A DNA stretch of 64,000 nucleotides. It comes from Tubiluchus corallicola. Taxonomy: Eukaryota > Animalia > Priapulida. The position numbers and the translations under genes are program-made. The notes beneath the pieces are model-generated. The model did not search any database and had not been told where the DNA came from. It saw only the letters and a program-made list of their open reading frames with translations. Below are positions 29,814 through 40,732 of the stretch, in pieces. The first letter of the stretch is position 1. Each line of letters opens with the position of its first letter. The stretch lies in contig JAQGDQ010002389.1 of the NCBI GenBank assembly GCA_030141605.1, positions 124,001 through 188,000 on the forward strand, in the 5' to 3' direction.

Positions 29814-30425
29814 TTATTCAATTTGAAGCTTCTTCTGCTTGATTTCTTCCAATAATTTCTGCAAATATTGCAACTGGATAATCTGAGCAGGCACCTTCTC
29901 AAGCTGTTTTAAATGAAATAAATCAGATAATAAAGAGCATACCTGCAGCATAGCATTTTCAGTCTCAATAACCATCTCTTTTAATTGCTGAAAATCATCC
30001 CTCTTTACTTTCTGCAACCGCGAGCGCTTTAGAAAAATCTCTTCCAAAAAAGCAGAATCGGCCACCTGTGTATCCTTTTCTATAGAAGGATTCATAATTT
30101 CTAAAAGGCAATGTGCCCTTTTAACCGGATCAACAAGTGTCTCAAAAGCATCATTCAGATACATGCTTTGCTGCTGCGCGAAAAGTTTTTCCTTGCTGCC
30201 AGAAAGCGCAAAACGATCCGGATGTAGCGCAAGCTGACGCTCCTGCCAAAGCATAACAAGCCGATCCTTATCTAAATCAAAACTGTACGGTAATTGAAAA
30301 CAACAAAACATATCCTTATAGTGCGGCGGTTGAATAACATCACATATAGAGCAAAAAGCATCCCCTATTGAAGCCCCGCTTCCACAAACCCAGCATAAAA
30401 ATATCTCACTCTCAGATACAGCCAT
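29814..30425 (-). CDS. hscB: Fe-S assembly co-chaperone
   Basis: J-domain LHPDRF, N-terminal CxxC..CxxC, located between iscA and hscA. Confidence 0.9.
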   Translation of the reverse strand: MAVSESEIFLCWVCGSGASIGDAFCSICDVIQPPHYKDMFCCFQLPYSFDLDKDRLVMLWQERQLALHPDRFALSGSKEKLFAQQQSMYLNDAFETLVDPVKRAHCLLEIMNPSIEKDTQVADSAFLEEIFLKRSRLQKVKRDDFQQLKEMVIETENAMLQVCSLLSDLFHLKQLEKVPAQIIQLQYLQKLLEEIKQKKLQIE

Positions 30426-30434
30426 CCCTAAGTC

Positions 30435-30812
30435 CTATACATGAAAAGAGTCTCCACAACCACAACGGCCTTTTTCATTGGGGTTACGAAAAACAAACCC
30501 CGAAGATAAGCGGTCCTCAACAAAATCCATCTCTGTGCCCAGCAAAAACATAACAGCTTTCGGATCAATAAAAATCGTTACACCCTTATCTTCAACAAGC
30601 TCATCAAACTCTTCCTGCTGATCCACATACTCTAAATTGTAAGATAATCCCGAGCAACCTCGTGTTCGAATTGAAATTCTAATCCCCGCCGAGGGCTTTC
30701 CCCGTTCCTTCAGCAACTGTGTTATCCGAGCTGCAGCCCTCTCTGTAATAGACATAATTGCAGAGTGATCAGGATTCAGCGGTGATTCTATCTTACTTTT
30801 TTCCTTATTCAT
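30435..30812 (-). CDS. iscA: Fe-S cluster A-type carrier
   Basis: RGCSGLSY, FRNPN..GRCGCGDSF. Start uncertain; ATG at 30812 overlaps the iscU end. Confidence 0.92.
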   Translation of the reverse strand: MNKEKSKIESPLNPDHSAIMSITERAAARITQLLKERGKPSAGIRISIRTRGCSGLSYNLEYVDQQEEFDELVEDKGVTIFIDPKAVMFLLGTEMDFVEDRLSSGFVFRNPNEKGRCGCGDSFHV

Positions 30813-31197
30813 TTTTGCTCTCATGCTTTCTTCTATAATCTTCAACAGCCGATTTTATAGCATCTTCCGCCAAAACAGAACAATGAATTTTCACAGGCGG
30901 TAAAGCTAACTCTTCCGCAATTTCCACATTCTTAATCTCTTTAGCTTCCTTAAGAGTCTTCCCTTTAAGCCATTCCGTCACTAAAGAACTCGACGCAATA
31001 GCAGACCCACAGCCAAACGTCTTAAAACACGCATCCTCAATAATACCATCATCCGAAACTTGTATCTGTAGCTTCATAACATCTCCGCACGCCGGCACAC
31101 CAACAATCCCTGTGCCAACATGCTCATCTTCCTGATCAAAGCTTCCAACATTCCGAGGATTCTCATAATGATCAACAATCTTCTTATTGTAAGACAT
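30805..31197 (-). CDS. iscU: Fe-S scaffold protein
   Basis: HYENPRNVG, PACGDVM, FGCGSAIASS, LPPVKIHCS. Confidence 0.97.
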   Translation of the reverse strand: MSYNKKIVDHYENPRNVGSFDQEDEHVGTGIVGVPACGDVMKLQIQVSDDGIIEDACFKTFGCGSAIASSSLVTEWLKGKTLKEAKEIKNVEIAEELALPPVKIHCSVLAEDAIKSAVEDYRRKHESKNE

Positions 31198-31264
31198 TTC
31201 TTATACCTTTAAATTAAACTCTTTAATAATAGCCTCTATTTCTTGCCACACACACGCTCTATAA

Positions 31265-32500
31265 TCAATCCTTTACCCATTGTATCGTGCTCAGATCAAC
31301 TCCTTGACTCATAAGCTCCCAAAGAGGACTCATAGAACGCAAACGCTCAACTTCTTCAATAATTCTTTCACCCGCATAATCAATCTCCTCTTCTGTCGTA
31401 AAACGCCCTAGGCTTATTCTTAACGATGTATGCGCTAACTCATCATTAATCCCTAACGATCGCAAAACATAGGAAGGCTCCAGAGAATCCGATGAACAAG
31501 CCGATCCCGACGAAACAGCCAAATCTTTCAAGCCCATCATTAACCCTTCTCCTTCTACACCCGAAAAACTTACATTTAAATTTCCCGCAATACGATTCTC
31601 CAAGCTTCCATTCAAATATATCTTGGGTAATGAAGAGTTTATTTTATTATAAAGTTTTAAACGTAAACGCAACACTCTTTCAAATTCTTCTTCTCTCTCC
31701 AACATAGAAACTTCAACCGCCTTGCCAAAGCCAACACACAAAGGAACCGGCAACGTACCTGAGCGCATACCTCGTTCCTGCCCACCACCTTGAAGCAATG
31801 CACTAAGACGGACACGTGGATTCCGACGGCGAACATATAAAGCTCCTATTCCTTTGGGGCCATAAAGCTTATGAGCAGAAATACTCAACAAATCAATGCA
31901 CATCTCCTCAACATCAATCGCTATTTTTCCAACAGCCTGTGCCGCATCCGTATGAAAAAATACACCGTTCTCACGACAGAGATGGCCAATTTCTAACACA
32001 GGCTGAATAACGCCTATCTCACTATTAACCATCATAATAGAAACAAGCAATGTATTCTCTGTCATCACCTCACGTAAATGATCAAGATCAATTAAACCAT
32101 CCGATTGAACAGGGAGATAAGTAATATCAAAACCCTTCTGCTCTAAATAACGACACGTGCTTAAAACACACTTATGCTCTGTCGCACACGTAATAATATG
32201 ATTCCTTTTCCCTTCATAAAAAGAGGCAACGCCTTGAATGGCTAAATTAGAAGCTTCTGTCGCTCCTGAGGTGAAAATAATATCTTTATTGCTCCCTGAA
32301 ATAGCGCGGGCAATACGTTCTCGCCCTTTCTCAACAGCATCTTCAGCTTCCCACCCCCAAGCATGGCTCCGAGAATGCGGGTTGCCAAATTTTTCCGTAA
32401 ACCATGGTAGCATCTCCTCTAAAACACGAGGATCTACAGGTGTCGTCGCCTGATAATCTAAATAAATCGGCTTTCCATTCTTTTTCATTAAAGGCTCCAT
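31265..32500 (-). CDS. iscS: cysteine desulfurase
   Basis: [35 protein letters not shown]. Confidence 0.97.
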   Translation of the reverse strand: MEPLMKKNGKPIYLDYQATTPVDPRVLEEMLPWFTEKFGNPHSRSHAWGWEAEDAVEKGRERIARAISGSNKDIIFTSGATEASNLAIQGVASFYEGKRNHIITCATEHKCVLSTCRYLEQKGFDITYLPVQSDGLIDLDHLREVMTENTLLVSIMMVNSEIGVIQPVLEIGHLCRENGVFFHTDAAQAVGKIAIDVEEMCIDLLSISAHKLYGPKGIGALYVRRRNPRVRLSALLQGGGQERGMRSGTLPVPLCVGFGKAVEVSMLEREEEFERVLRLRLKLYNKINSSLPKIYLNGSLENRIAGNLNVSFSGVEGEGLMMGLKDLAVSSGSACSSDSLEPSYVLRSLGINDELAHTSLRISLGRFTTEEEIDYAGERIIEEVERLRSMSPLWELMSQGVDLSTIQWVKD

Positions 32501-32512
32501 AGCGTCAATCCT

Positions 32513-32938
32513 CTACTTAAATTTTCCAAACTGATTCTTACCATGACAAACATCATCAAGAGTAATATGCGATAGCCAAAGATGAATTTGTCGCGTTAAA
32601 GCAACCCAAAGATTATGAGTAATGCATTGCTCTTTCCCAACACATCCCTCCGATCCATTTTTGCAACCCAACGCAGAAACCGAAACATCAACAGCCATGA
32701 TAATATCTGAAATCGTAATTTCATCCGCTCTGTTTACTAAGTGATATCCTCCAGACGATCCTCGAACACTCCGAACAAGATTTTTCCTCTTAAGAGATGA
32801 AAATAACTGCTCCAGATATGATAGAGAAATTCCTTGCCGACGTGCTATATCTCTAAGAGATACAGGCTTATCTGAATTATGCTGCGCAAGGTCAGCCATT
32901 GCCATGACAGTATAGCGCCCTCTTGTGCTTAGTTTCAC
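32513..32938 (-). CDS. iscR: Rrf2-family Fe-S regulator
   Basis: LSTRGRY, ISLSYLEQLF, SVRGSSGGY, three Cys followed by CITHNLW. Confidence 0.92.
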   Translation of the reverse strand: MKLSTRGRYTVMAMADLAQHNSDKPVSLRDIARRQGISLSYLEQLFSSLKRKNLVRSVRGSSGGYHLVNRADEITISDIIMAVDVSVSALGCKNGSEGCVGKEQCITHNLWVALTRQIHLWLSHITLDDVCHGKNQFGKFK

Positions 32939-33117
32939 TTTACTTGACCTAAATTTCTAAAAATAACCATGATATAACCTTAAAATATACTATAGAATCC
33001 CATAAAATGATTGACTTTTCTTAAAAAATAGAATTATATATTTTGTTATTCTGTATTTTATTGAGAAGAGTGAAATCTATTCAGAAATTATAGAACTCAA
33101 TACGAGAAGAGTCTACA

Positions 33118-33142
33118 ATATCCTACTATTTTAATCAAGTTT
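33118..33142. promoter_or_regulatory. putative IscR type-1 operator
   Basis: ATATCCTACTATTTTAATCAAGTTT resembles ATASYYGACTRwwwYAGTCRRSTAT and lies upstream of iscR. Confidence 0.6.
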
Positions 33143-33223
33143 ATTTTATGCTCAATATTGAATCTTTAAAGCCTATATAACCTGTTGGATTTCTTCACTT
33201 TTTTAAAGAAAGGTTACTATATA

Positions 33224-33889
33224 ATGCCAGAAATCGTTATCTCGGGCCCAGAAGGACATCTTGAAGGACGCTACTACCATTCTCCTCATCCTCAACCCAA
33301 TATAGCTTTATTGATTCCTCCACACCCTCAACATGGGGAAACAATGAATAGTACCCCTCTTTACCGTCTTTATCGCACGTTGGCTATACAAGGATTTTCT
33401 GTTCTCAGATTTAATTTTCGAGGAATCGGGCGTTCAAAAGGAAAATGGAGCAATGGCGTCGGAGAACTCAGCGATTCCGCAGCTGCCCTAGACTGGCTTC
33501 AAGCTTGCAACCCCAACACTGCGAAAACATGGGTTGGCGGCTTTGCTTTTGGCGCTTGGATCTCTATGCAGCTTATGATGAGAAGACCTGAAATCAAACA
33601 TTTCATTTCTCTCGGCTTGCCAACAAGTACATACGACTTTTCTTTTCTATCCCCCTGCCCCGCCGATGGAATCGTCATACATGGCGAAAAAGATGAAACC
33701 TCCTCTCCCAATAGCGTTAATAAGCTTGTGCGAAAACTAAACAGCCAGAATAATATAACTGTCGACTATCAAATTATCTCAGACGCTTCTCATGACTTTT
33801 CAGATCATTTAGATACCCTAGAAGGCTATATTAAAACCTACGTACAAACAGAATCTTCGACTTTTTCTTCCCCTAGACTACGTGCTTAA
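33224..33889 (+). CDS. alpha/beta-hydrolase fold protein divergent from iscR (nucleophile Ser replaced by Ala)
   Basis: GPEGHLEGRY, LRFNFRGIGRS.G, GELSDSAAALDWLQ, QLMMRRPEI, YDFSFL.PCP. Elbow reads GFAFG. Confidence 0.9.
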   Translation: MPEIVISGPEGHLEGRYYHSPHPQPNIALLIPPHPQHGETMNSTPLYRLYRTLAIQGFSVLRFNFRGIGRSKGKWSNGVGELSDSAAALDWLQACNPNTAKTWVGGFAFGAWISMQLMMRRPEIKHFISLGLPTSTYDFSFLSPCPADGIVIHGEKDETSSPNSVNKLVRKLNSQNNITVDYQIISDASHDFSDHLDTLEGYIKTYVQTESSTFSSPRLRA

Positions 33890-33996
33890 TCAGTAAAATA
33901 TGTCTCTCACTAAAATTACTGCATAACACCTTTCCAGCTGAATCCATAATGCCAGAAATAGAACAAATACCAAGCTTGTAAATTGAAAGAGTACCA

Positions 33997-35250
33997 ATGA
34001 ACAGTTATAAATCTGAACTTCTCCACCAGCTCGCTGAAAGAGGCTACATTCATCAATGCACAGATTTTGAAACTCTTGATCAACTGGCTTCTCAGAACAA
34101 TATTATAACCTACGCAGGGTATGACCCAACGGCAGGAAGCCTGCATATTGGAAATCTTATCTCTATTATGATGTTGAGATTATTACAAAAATATGGCCAT
34201 AAGCCTGTCATCCTTATGGGAGGAGGAACAGGGCGAATTGGAGATCCTTCCGGAAAAGACGCTTCACGAAAACTTCTCTCTATCGATCAAATTAATCATA
34301 ATATCAGCAAAATACAAGAAACCTTCAACCAATATCTCGTGTTTGGCGATGGCTCCACAGACGCTATCACTGCCAATAACGCAGACTGGCTATGCTCCTT
34401 GAATTATGTTGATTTCCTCCGAGAATATGGCCCTCACTTCACAATCAACCGCATGATAACATTTGATAGCGTACGCATGCGTTTGGAACGTGAACAGCCA
34501 CTCACTTTTCTTGAGTTTAATTATATGTTGCTGCAAGCCTATGATTTCCTTGAGCTTTATAAGCGTTACGGCGTAAAAATGCAAATTGGTGGATCTGACC
34601 AATGGGGCAATATTGTCAATGGCGTAGAACTTTGCCGCCGAAAACAAAATATACAGCTTTTTGGGCTGACAACTCCTCTTTTAACAAACTCATCCGGAGA
34701 AAAAATGGGAAAAACTGCCGACGGCGCTATATGGCTTAACAGCGATATGAAATCCCACTACGATTTCTGGCAATTCTGGAGAAATACAGAAGACGCCGAT
34801 GTCGGGCGATTCCTACGCCTCTATACAGAAATTCCCATTGACGAGATTAAACGCCTTGAAACCCTACAAGGAACAGAAATCAACGAGGCAAAAAAAATCC
34901 TAGCAACAGCAGTCACAAGCCTTTGCCGAGGAAAAGAAAATGCTCTCAATGCCGCAGAAACAGCTCGAAAAACTTTTGAAGATAAGACATATGGAGATCA
35001 GCTCCCTTCCGTCTCTATCTCCAAACAGGTATTAAAAGACGGAATCTCAGCATTCGCAATTCTCAAACATGCAAATCTTGTCAAAAGCAACGGTGAAGCC
35101 CGCCGCCTCATCCAAAATAAAGGGGGGCGCGTCAATGGAGTCAGCTTTCAATCTCCCGACGAACTCGTCACTCTTGATGATATTAACCAGGAGGGCATTC
35201 TTATGATCTCTGCAGGAAAAAAACGACATGTTATCGTAAAACCAGAGTAA
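33997..35250 (+). CDS. tyrS: tyrosine--tRNA ligase
   Basis: [28 protein letters not shown]4-like tail. Confidence 0.98.
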   Translation: MNSYKSELLHQLAERGYIHQCTDFETLDQLASQNNIITYAGYDPTAGSLHIGNLISIMMLRLLQKYGHKPVILMGGGTGRIGDPSGKDASRKLLSIDQINHNISKIQETFNQYLVFGDGSTDAITANNADWLCSLNYVDFLREYGPHFTINRMITFDSVRMRLEREQPLTFLEFNYMLLQAYDFLELYKRYGVKMQIGGSDQWGNIVNGVELCRRKQNIQLFGLTTPLLTNSSGEKMGKTADGAIWLNSDMKSHYDFWQFWRNTEDADVGRFLRLYTEIPIDEIKRLETLQGTEINEAKKILATAVTSLCRGKENALNAAETARKTFEDKTYGDQLPSVSISKQVLKDGISAFAILKHANLVKSNGEARRLIQNKGGRVNGVSFQSPDELVTLDDINQEGILMISAGKKRHVIVKPE

Positions 35251-35567
35251 ACCAACTTCTTTTTACCCTTAATCAGAGCAATATTGAATTGCAGAAAATA
35301 GAGTGATTATCCCTCTTTTAACATTTTTAAATATTTAAATTTACCATATTTTCATAAAAAAATAGACTTCAATACAAAAAAATGTATAATCGTGGTTTGC
35401 GTTTTTTCCTGTATACCGTGTACACCCTTGGTATACGTTGTATATTTAGGGAAAAAGCTTTTAATGGTAATAAACTATTACTGTTTATTTAAATCCTAAT
35501 AATTAATGATATAAATTAAAAAATTTCCAAAATTAAATCTGAAATTTTTATAAGGAGAAAATAGAGA

Positions 35568-36980
35568 ATGGGAAGAGAAAGTTGGAAGTCACGCACAGGA
35601 TTTATTCTAGCGGCTGCAGGATCTGCAGTCGGGCTTGGTAATATATGGCGTTTCCCTTATGTTGTTGGTGAGAATGGTGGAGGAGCTTTTCTCCTTGTTT
35701 ACATTTTACTCGTCTTTACCATAGGTCTTAGCGTAATGATCGCAGAAATCGCCATCGGGCGCCATGCGCAAAAAAACCCTGTTCATGCTTATTCAGATCA
35801 TGCTTCCAAACCTTGGGGTGTCGCAGGACTCCTCGGTATTTCATGTGGCGTTATTATCATGTCATTCTATGTCGTGGTTGCAGGATGGGCCATCGCTTAT
35901 GTTCTTAAATCCATAACAGGAGAACTCTCAACAACAGACATATCTGTATTGGAAAATAGCTTTGTAAGCTTAAGCGCATCCGGCTGGACTCCATTACTCT
36001 ATGCCCTATTCTTTCTATGCATAACAGCCTTCATTGTTATCGGAGGAATTGAAAAAGGAATCGAAAAAGCAAACCGTATTTTAATGCCTTTACTATTTGT
36101 TTTTCTTCTCCTTCTCGCTATTCGTGCTCTTACGCTTCCAGGTGCTATGGACGGAATCGCTTACTATCTCAAACCTGATTTCTCCAAAATTAACGCTAGC
36201 GTTCTCAGTAGCGCACTCGGTCAAGCATTCTTTTCCTTGTCTCTTGGTATGTCCTGCATGTTGATTTATGGCTCCTATCTGAAAAAAGAGGACAATATAC
36301 CAGTATCCTCTGTGCAAATTATTTGCCTTGATATCCTAGTTGCGTTTATTGCCGGCCTTATCATTATGCCTGTCGTTTTCTCTTTTGGATTTGCTCCCGA
36401 TGCAGGACCTGGTCTAACCTTCATTACACTCCCAGCAATTTTTACTCAAATTCCTTTTGGTGCTTTTTTCGCAACTGCTTTCTTTACTATGTTACTGATT
36501 GCAGCGCTAACGTCATCAATCTCTTTGATAGAGCCCGGTGTCTCCTTCCTGATTGAAAAACTTGAATGGAGCCGCTCTCAAAGCGTTATCGTAATTTCCG
36601 TTATCGTCTTTGTCCTTGCGATCCCTTGCTCTCTATCTTTAGGAACCCTTAACATTGAGTTTATTATCGGCGATCGGAACAATCCGATCTTTGCACAAAG
36701 CTTCTTTGACTTTATGGGTTACTTAAGCGATAACTTACTACCTGTTGGCGGAATCCTCGTTGCGCTCTTTGCAGGATGGGTTCTTTCTCCTGAAATTCGC
36801 AATGAAGTCACCAATAACGGAACTATCTCCGCTCCATGGTTGAGCTTATGGCTTACTTTCATACGATTTGTCGCTCCTATCGCAATCGCATGGGTTCTCA
36901 TATATCCGTTTTTACCCACAAACGTACAAAAAGAGATTATCGAAGAAGCTCAAGATATTTACCATGAGATTACAGAGTAA
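35568..36980 (+). CDS. sodium-dependent NSS/SNF-family transporter
   Basis: GSAVGLGNIWRFPY, GQAFFSLSLG, AALTSSIS. Confidence 0.95.
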   Translation: MGRESWKSRTGFILAAAGSAVGLGNIWRFPYVVGENGGGAFLLVYILLVFTIGLSVMIAEIAIGRHAQKNPVHAYSDHASKPWGVAGLLGISCGVIIMSFYVVVAGWAIAYVLKSITGELSTTDISVLENSFVSLSASGWTPLLYALFFLCITAFIVIGGIEKGIEKANRILMPLLFVFLLLLAIRALTLPGAMDGIAYYLKPDFSKINASVLSSALGQAFFSLSLGMSCMLIYGSYLKKEDNIPVSSVQIICLDILVAFIAGLIIMPVVFSFGFAPDAGPGLTFITLPAIFTQIPFGAFFATAFFTMLLIAALTSSISLIEPGVSFLIEKLEWSRSQSVIVISVIVFVLAIPCSLSLGTLNIEFIIGDRNNPIFAQSFFDFMGYLSDNLLPVGGILVALFAGWVLSPEIRNEVTNNGTISAPWLSLWLTFIRFVAPIAIAWVLIYPFLPTNVQKEIIEEAQDIYHEITE

Positions 36981-36992
36981 AACCAACACAAT

Positions 36993-37042
36993 AGAGAAGG
37001 TTGCAAAAGAAAATAATCCTATACGTAACCTTCTCTTTTTTT
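36993..37042 (+). terminator. intrinsic terminator after the NSS transporter
   Basis: AGAGAAGGTTGC...GTAACCTTCTCT stem followed by a T-run. Confidence 0.65.
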
Positions 37043-37279
37043 GTAAAAACAATACAATAAAAAGCTCTTGCTACTTCAAGTTTTTTCAATCTCTATCTTA
37101 AAACAATAAACTACTAATATAATAGGAAAATACCCCTTATTTCTGTATTTTACCTATATTGCCTTTATAAAAAATATATGCTATACTTTTTTGCTTAAAA
37201 GCATGGATCATTTTAAAAAATAAACCTTGTTTATCAAATAATACCTATTAAAAAACACACATAAAAACTGGAGGAAACA

Positions 37280-38851
37280 ATGTCGTCTAAGATACAATCT
37301 TATCTGATTTCACTTTTATGCTTTTTATTTCTGATTACAAGTGCTAATGCTGAAAAAACTATTCGTATAGCGACTTTTGGTGAACCAGAGACACTGGATC
37401 CACACCTTGTTAGTGGAACATGGGAACATTATATTATTGTTGATTTATTCATGGGTCTCATAACAAGAGAAGCCAACGGAAAAACAATCCCCGGTGTAGC
37501 AGAAAGCTGGGAAATCAGCCCTGACAATAAAGTATATACCTTTACATTAGGAGATCATTATTGGTCCGACGGTGCTCCTGTAACAGCCCATGACGTTGAA
37601 TTCTCCTTCAAAAGGATTTTAAAGCCTGAATTCGCCGCTAAATACGCTTCTATGCTTTATATTATTGAGGGCGCAGAAGAGTATAATACCCTTAAATCAC
37701 CAGAAATGGCTGTTATGGCAAAAGCTCTCGACAGTAAAACCTTCCAGGTTACTTTAAAATTTCCAACTCCCTATTTCTTAGAAGCGTTGACACATTATTC
37801 CTTCGCTATTGTGCCTTCTCATGTCGTTAAAGTCCATGAGAGGAATTGGATTAAAGAAGAAAATATCGTGTCAAATGGCGCGTATAAACTAGAAGAATGG
37901 CGCCCGAACGCCCATGTGAAATCTGTCAGAAATCCATACTTTTATGATAATGAAAACACAAAAATCGATACAATCTACTATTACACACAAGAAGACCGTT
38001 CTGCTGTGTTGAAAAGATTTCGTGCAAAAGAAATCGATATTGCCAGAGATTTCGCTTCCGAACAATATACATGGCTACAAAAAAATATGCCCAATGAAAC
38101 CAAAGTCGCTCCTTACTTGGGAATCTACTATCTAACTTTAAATCATACAAAAATTCCAGATGTCAATATCCGGCAAGCGCTCGCCATGGCCATTAATCGG
38201 GAAGTCATCACAGATAAAGTTATTAAATCCGGTGAAGTTCCAGCCTATAGCTTTGTTCCTCCTGGTGTTGCAAACTACAGTGAACCCGCTTACTTAGACT
38301 GGAAAGGTATCGACTATAAAACCCGCCTGCAAACTGCAAAAGCTATCATGGAAAAAGCAGGTTACACACAGAAAAATCCTTTCAAAATCGAAATTAGCTA
38401 CAACACATCTGAAAACCATAAAAAAGTTATGGTTGCTGTCGCTTCTATGTGGAAACAAATACACGTCGCCTCATCAATGGTTAACACAGAAGTGGCTATT
38501 CATTACGAGAATCTCCGACTTGGAAAATTTGAAGCCGGACGCGCAGGATGGATTGCAGATTATAACGACCCTGACTCCTTCCTGTTTATACAAGAAGGCA
38601 GCAATATCGGCTTTAACTATTCACGCTTCTTTAATAATGAATATGATAGTTTAATGCTAAAGGGGCGTAACGCAACAGATATTGAAGAGCGCGCAGAATA
38701 TATGAAAGCTGCAGAAAAAGTCTCCATGGATGAAATAGCGAATATTCCTATATTTTACTATGTTTCCAAAAATTTGGTCTCACAAAAAGTTAAAGGATGG
38801 GAAGATAACGTCACCGATACACATCCAACACGTTTTCTCGATATTCAATAG
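37280..38851 (+). CDS. oppA: oligopeptide ABC substrate-binding protein
   Basis: EPETLDP, PGVAESW, WSDG.PVTAHD, SNGAYKL, GWIADYNDP. Confidence 0.93.
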   Translation: MSSKIQSYLISLLCFLFLITSANAEKTIRIATFGEPETLDPHLVSGTWEHYIIVDLFMGLITREANGKTIPGVAESWEISPDNKVYTFTLGDHYWSDGAPVTAHDVEFSFKRILKPEFAAKYASMLYIIEGAEEYNTLKSPEMAVMAKALDSKTFQVTLKFPTPYFLEALTHYSFAIVPSHVVKVHERNWIKEENIVSNGAYKLEEWRPNAHVKSVRNPYFYDNENTKIDTIYYYTQEDRSAVLKRFRAKEIDIARDFASEQYTWLQKNMPNETKVAPYLGIYYLTLNHTKIPDVNIRQALAMAINREVITDKVIKSGEVPAYSFVPPGVANYSEPAYLDWKGIDYKTRLQTAKAIMEKAGYTQKNPFKIEISYNTSENHKKVMVAVASMWKQIHVASSMVNTEVAIHYENLRLGKFEAGRAGWIADYNDPDSFLFIQEGSNIGFNYSRFFNNEYDSLMLKGRNATDIEERAEYMKAAEKVSMDEIANIPIFYYVSKNLVSQKVKGWEDNVTDTHPTRFLDIQ

Positions 38852-38891
38852 CTGCGTAAAATTAAGTATGCCTATCATGGAGGCCTAATAT

Positions 38892-39812
38892 ATGCTGAAG
38901 TACGTGATAAAACGATTATTCATTTTTATCCCTACTATCTTTTTAATCATCACGATCTCTTTTTTTCTGATGAGAATTGCACCAGGGAGCCCTTTTGATT
39001 CTGAAAGAGGGCTCAGCCCTGAAATCGAAGCCAATATCCTAAAAGCCTATAATATGGATAAACCTCTCTTTTTCCAATATACAGACTATTTAGGAAATAT
39101 TCTCAAAGGTGATTTCGGCCCCTCCATGCGTGTTAAAGACTTCACTGTAACAGAGCTTATCCTCAACGGATTTCCTGTCAGTTTACAGCTTGGTCTGATG
39201 GCGATCATATGTGCCATTGTAATCGGTATTTTCATGGGAACAACCGCAGCCTTAAACAGAAATAGCCATATTGACCATATCACGATGGCTTTCTCAACGA
39301 TCGGAATCGTTATTCCCAACTATGTTGTCGCTCCTATTCTTACATTAATTTTAGGTGTTTACCTGGGAATTTTACCCGTAGGAGGATGGGGAGAAGGCGC
39401 AATATCTCATAAAATACTCCCTATTGTAACTCTTGCTCTTCCCCAGATCGCTTATGTATCTCGCCTAACCAGGGGAAATATGATCGAAGTCCTCAATTCT
39501 AACTATATCAGAACAGCCTATGCAAAAGGCATTGACGAAAAAACAATCATTCTCCGCCACGCTCTCCCCGGAGCTCTTCTCCCTATCCTTTCCTACCTTG
39601 GGCCCGCAACTGCCGCAGTTGTAACAGGATCTGTCGTTATTGAAACTATTTTCGATATACCAGGTATTGGAAGATTTTTCGTCAACGGCGCCCTCAATAG
39701 AGACTATACATTGGTTATGGGAGTTGTGATCTTTTATGCAAGCTTGATTATTCTACTCAACCTTATCGTCGATATCCTCTATAGTATTTTAGACCCTCGA
39801 GTCAAATTTTAG
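38892..39812 (+). CDS. oppB: oligopeptide ABC permease
   Basis: APGSPF, GDFGPS, YIRTAYAKG, NRDY, LDPRV. Confidence 0.95.
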   Translation: MLKYVIKRLFIFIPTIFLIITISFFLMRIAPGSPFDSERGLSPEIEANILKAYNMDKPLFFQYTDYLGNILKGDFGPSMRVKDFTVTELILNGFPVSLQLGLMAIICAIVIGIFMGTTAALNRNSHIDHITMAFSTIGIVIPNYVVAPILTLILGVYLGILPVGGWGEGAISHKILPIVTLALPQIAYVSRLTRGNMIEVLNSNYIRTAYAKGIDEKTIILRHALPGALLPILSYLGPATAAVVTGSVVIETIFDIPGIGRFFVNGALNRDYTLVMGVVIFYASLIILLNLIVDILYSILDPRVKF

Positions 39813-39825
39813 GCAAGGAGATATA

Positions 39826-40728
39826 ATGCCGTTTTTTAAACATAAAGAAAAAAATGCAGACCTCCTGACAGAAATACAAGGGAGAAGTTTATGGGAAGAC
39901 GCAAAACGTCGCCTATTCTCAAATAAACTCGCAGTATCTTCCATGTATGCTTTACTATTCATTATTCTCTTTGCAGTCGCAGGTCCTTGGATTATCTCAT
40001 GGTCATATGATGAAATAGATTGGGAATCTGACTTTCCTTCCCCCCCTTCTTTTTCCGACAGCCACTATTTTGGAACTGACGGTAATGGAAGAGATATGCT
40101 TGTGCGCGTTATGTTCGGAGGACGAATCTCCCTTATGGTTGGAATTGTCGCAACATGCGTCAGCCTGCTCATCGGCGTAACATGGGGGACAGTAGCCGGA
40201 TTTATCGGCGGTAGAGTCGATATGATCATGATGCGCATTGTCGACATTATGTATTCCCTTCCTTTTATGTTCTTCGTCATCCTGCTCATGGTCGTCTTCG
40301 GACGGAATATCATTCTCATCTTTGTTGCCCTAGGAGCCGTAGAATGGCTCACAATGGCACGAATTGTTCGAGGCCAAACGATCTCTATTAAAAATATGGA
40401 GTATATCGAAGCTGCAAAAGCATTCGGCGTACCAACAACAAAAGTCATTCAACGCCATATCATCCCTAATATTATTGGTCCTGTTATTGTTTATGTCACA
40501 TTGACAATTCCCCAAGTTATTCTGGTAGAAAGCTTCCTGTCTTTCTTAGGACTCGGCGTACAAGAACCCATGACAAGTTGGGGAATCCTGATCGCTGACG
40601 GATCCAATCATATGGAATCTTCCCCATGGCTGTTGGCTTTTCCCGCTTTATTCCTTGCAATAACTCTCTTTTGCTTCAACTTTATCGGCGACGGACTGAG
40701 AGACGCATTAGATCCTAAGGACAGATAA
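39826..40728 (+). CDS. oppC: oligopeptide ABC permease
   Basis: FGTDGNGRD, ARIVRGQ, EYIEAA, GDGLRDALDP. Confidence 0.95.
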   Translation: MPFFKHKEKNADLLTEIQGRSLWEDAKRRLFSNKLAVSSMYALLFIILFAVAGPWIISWSYDEIDWESDFPSPPSFSDSHYFGTDGNGRDMLVRVMFGGRISLMVGIVATCVSLLIGVTWGTVAGFIGGRVDMIMMRIVDIMYSLPFMFFVILLMVVFGRNIILIFVALGAVEWLTMARIVRGQTISIKNMEYIEAAKAFGVPTTKVIQRHIIPNIIGPVIVYVTLTIPQVILVESFLSFLGLGVQEPMTSWGILIADGSNHMESSPWLLAFPALFLAITLFCFNFIGDGLRDALDPKDR

Positions 40729-40732
40729 CAGT

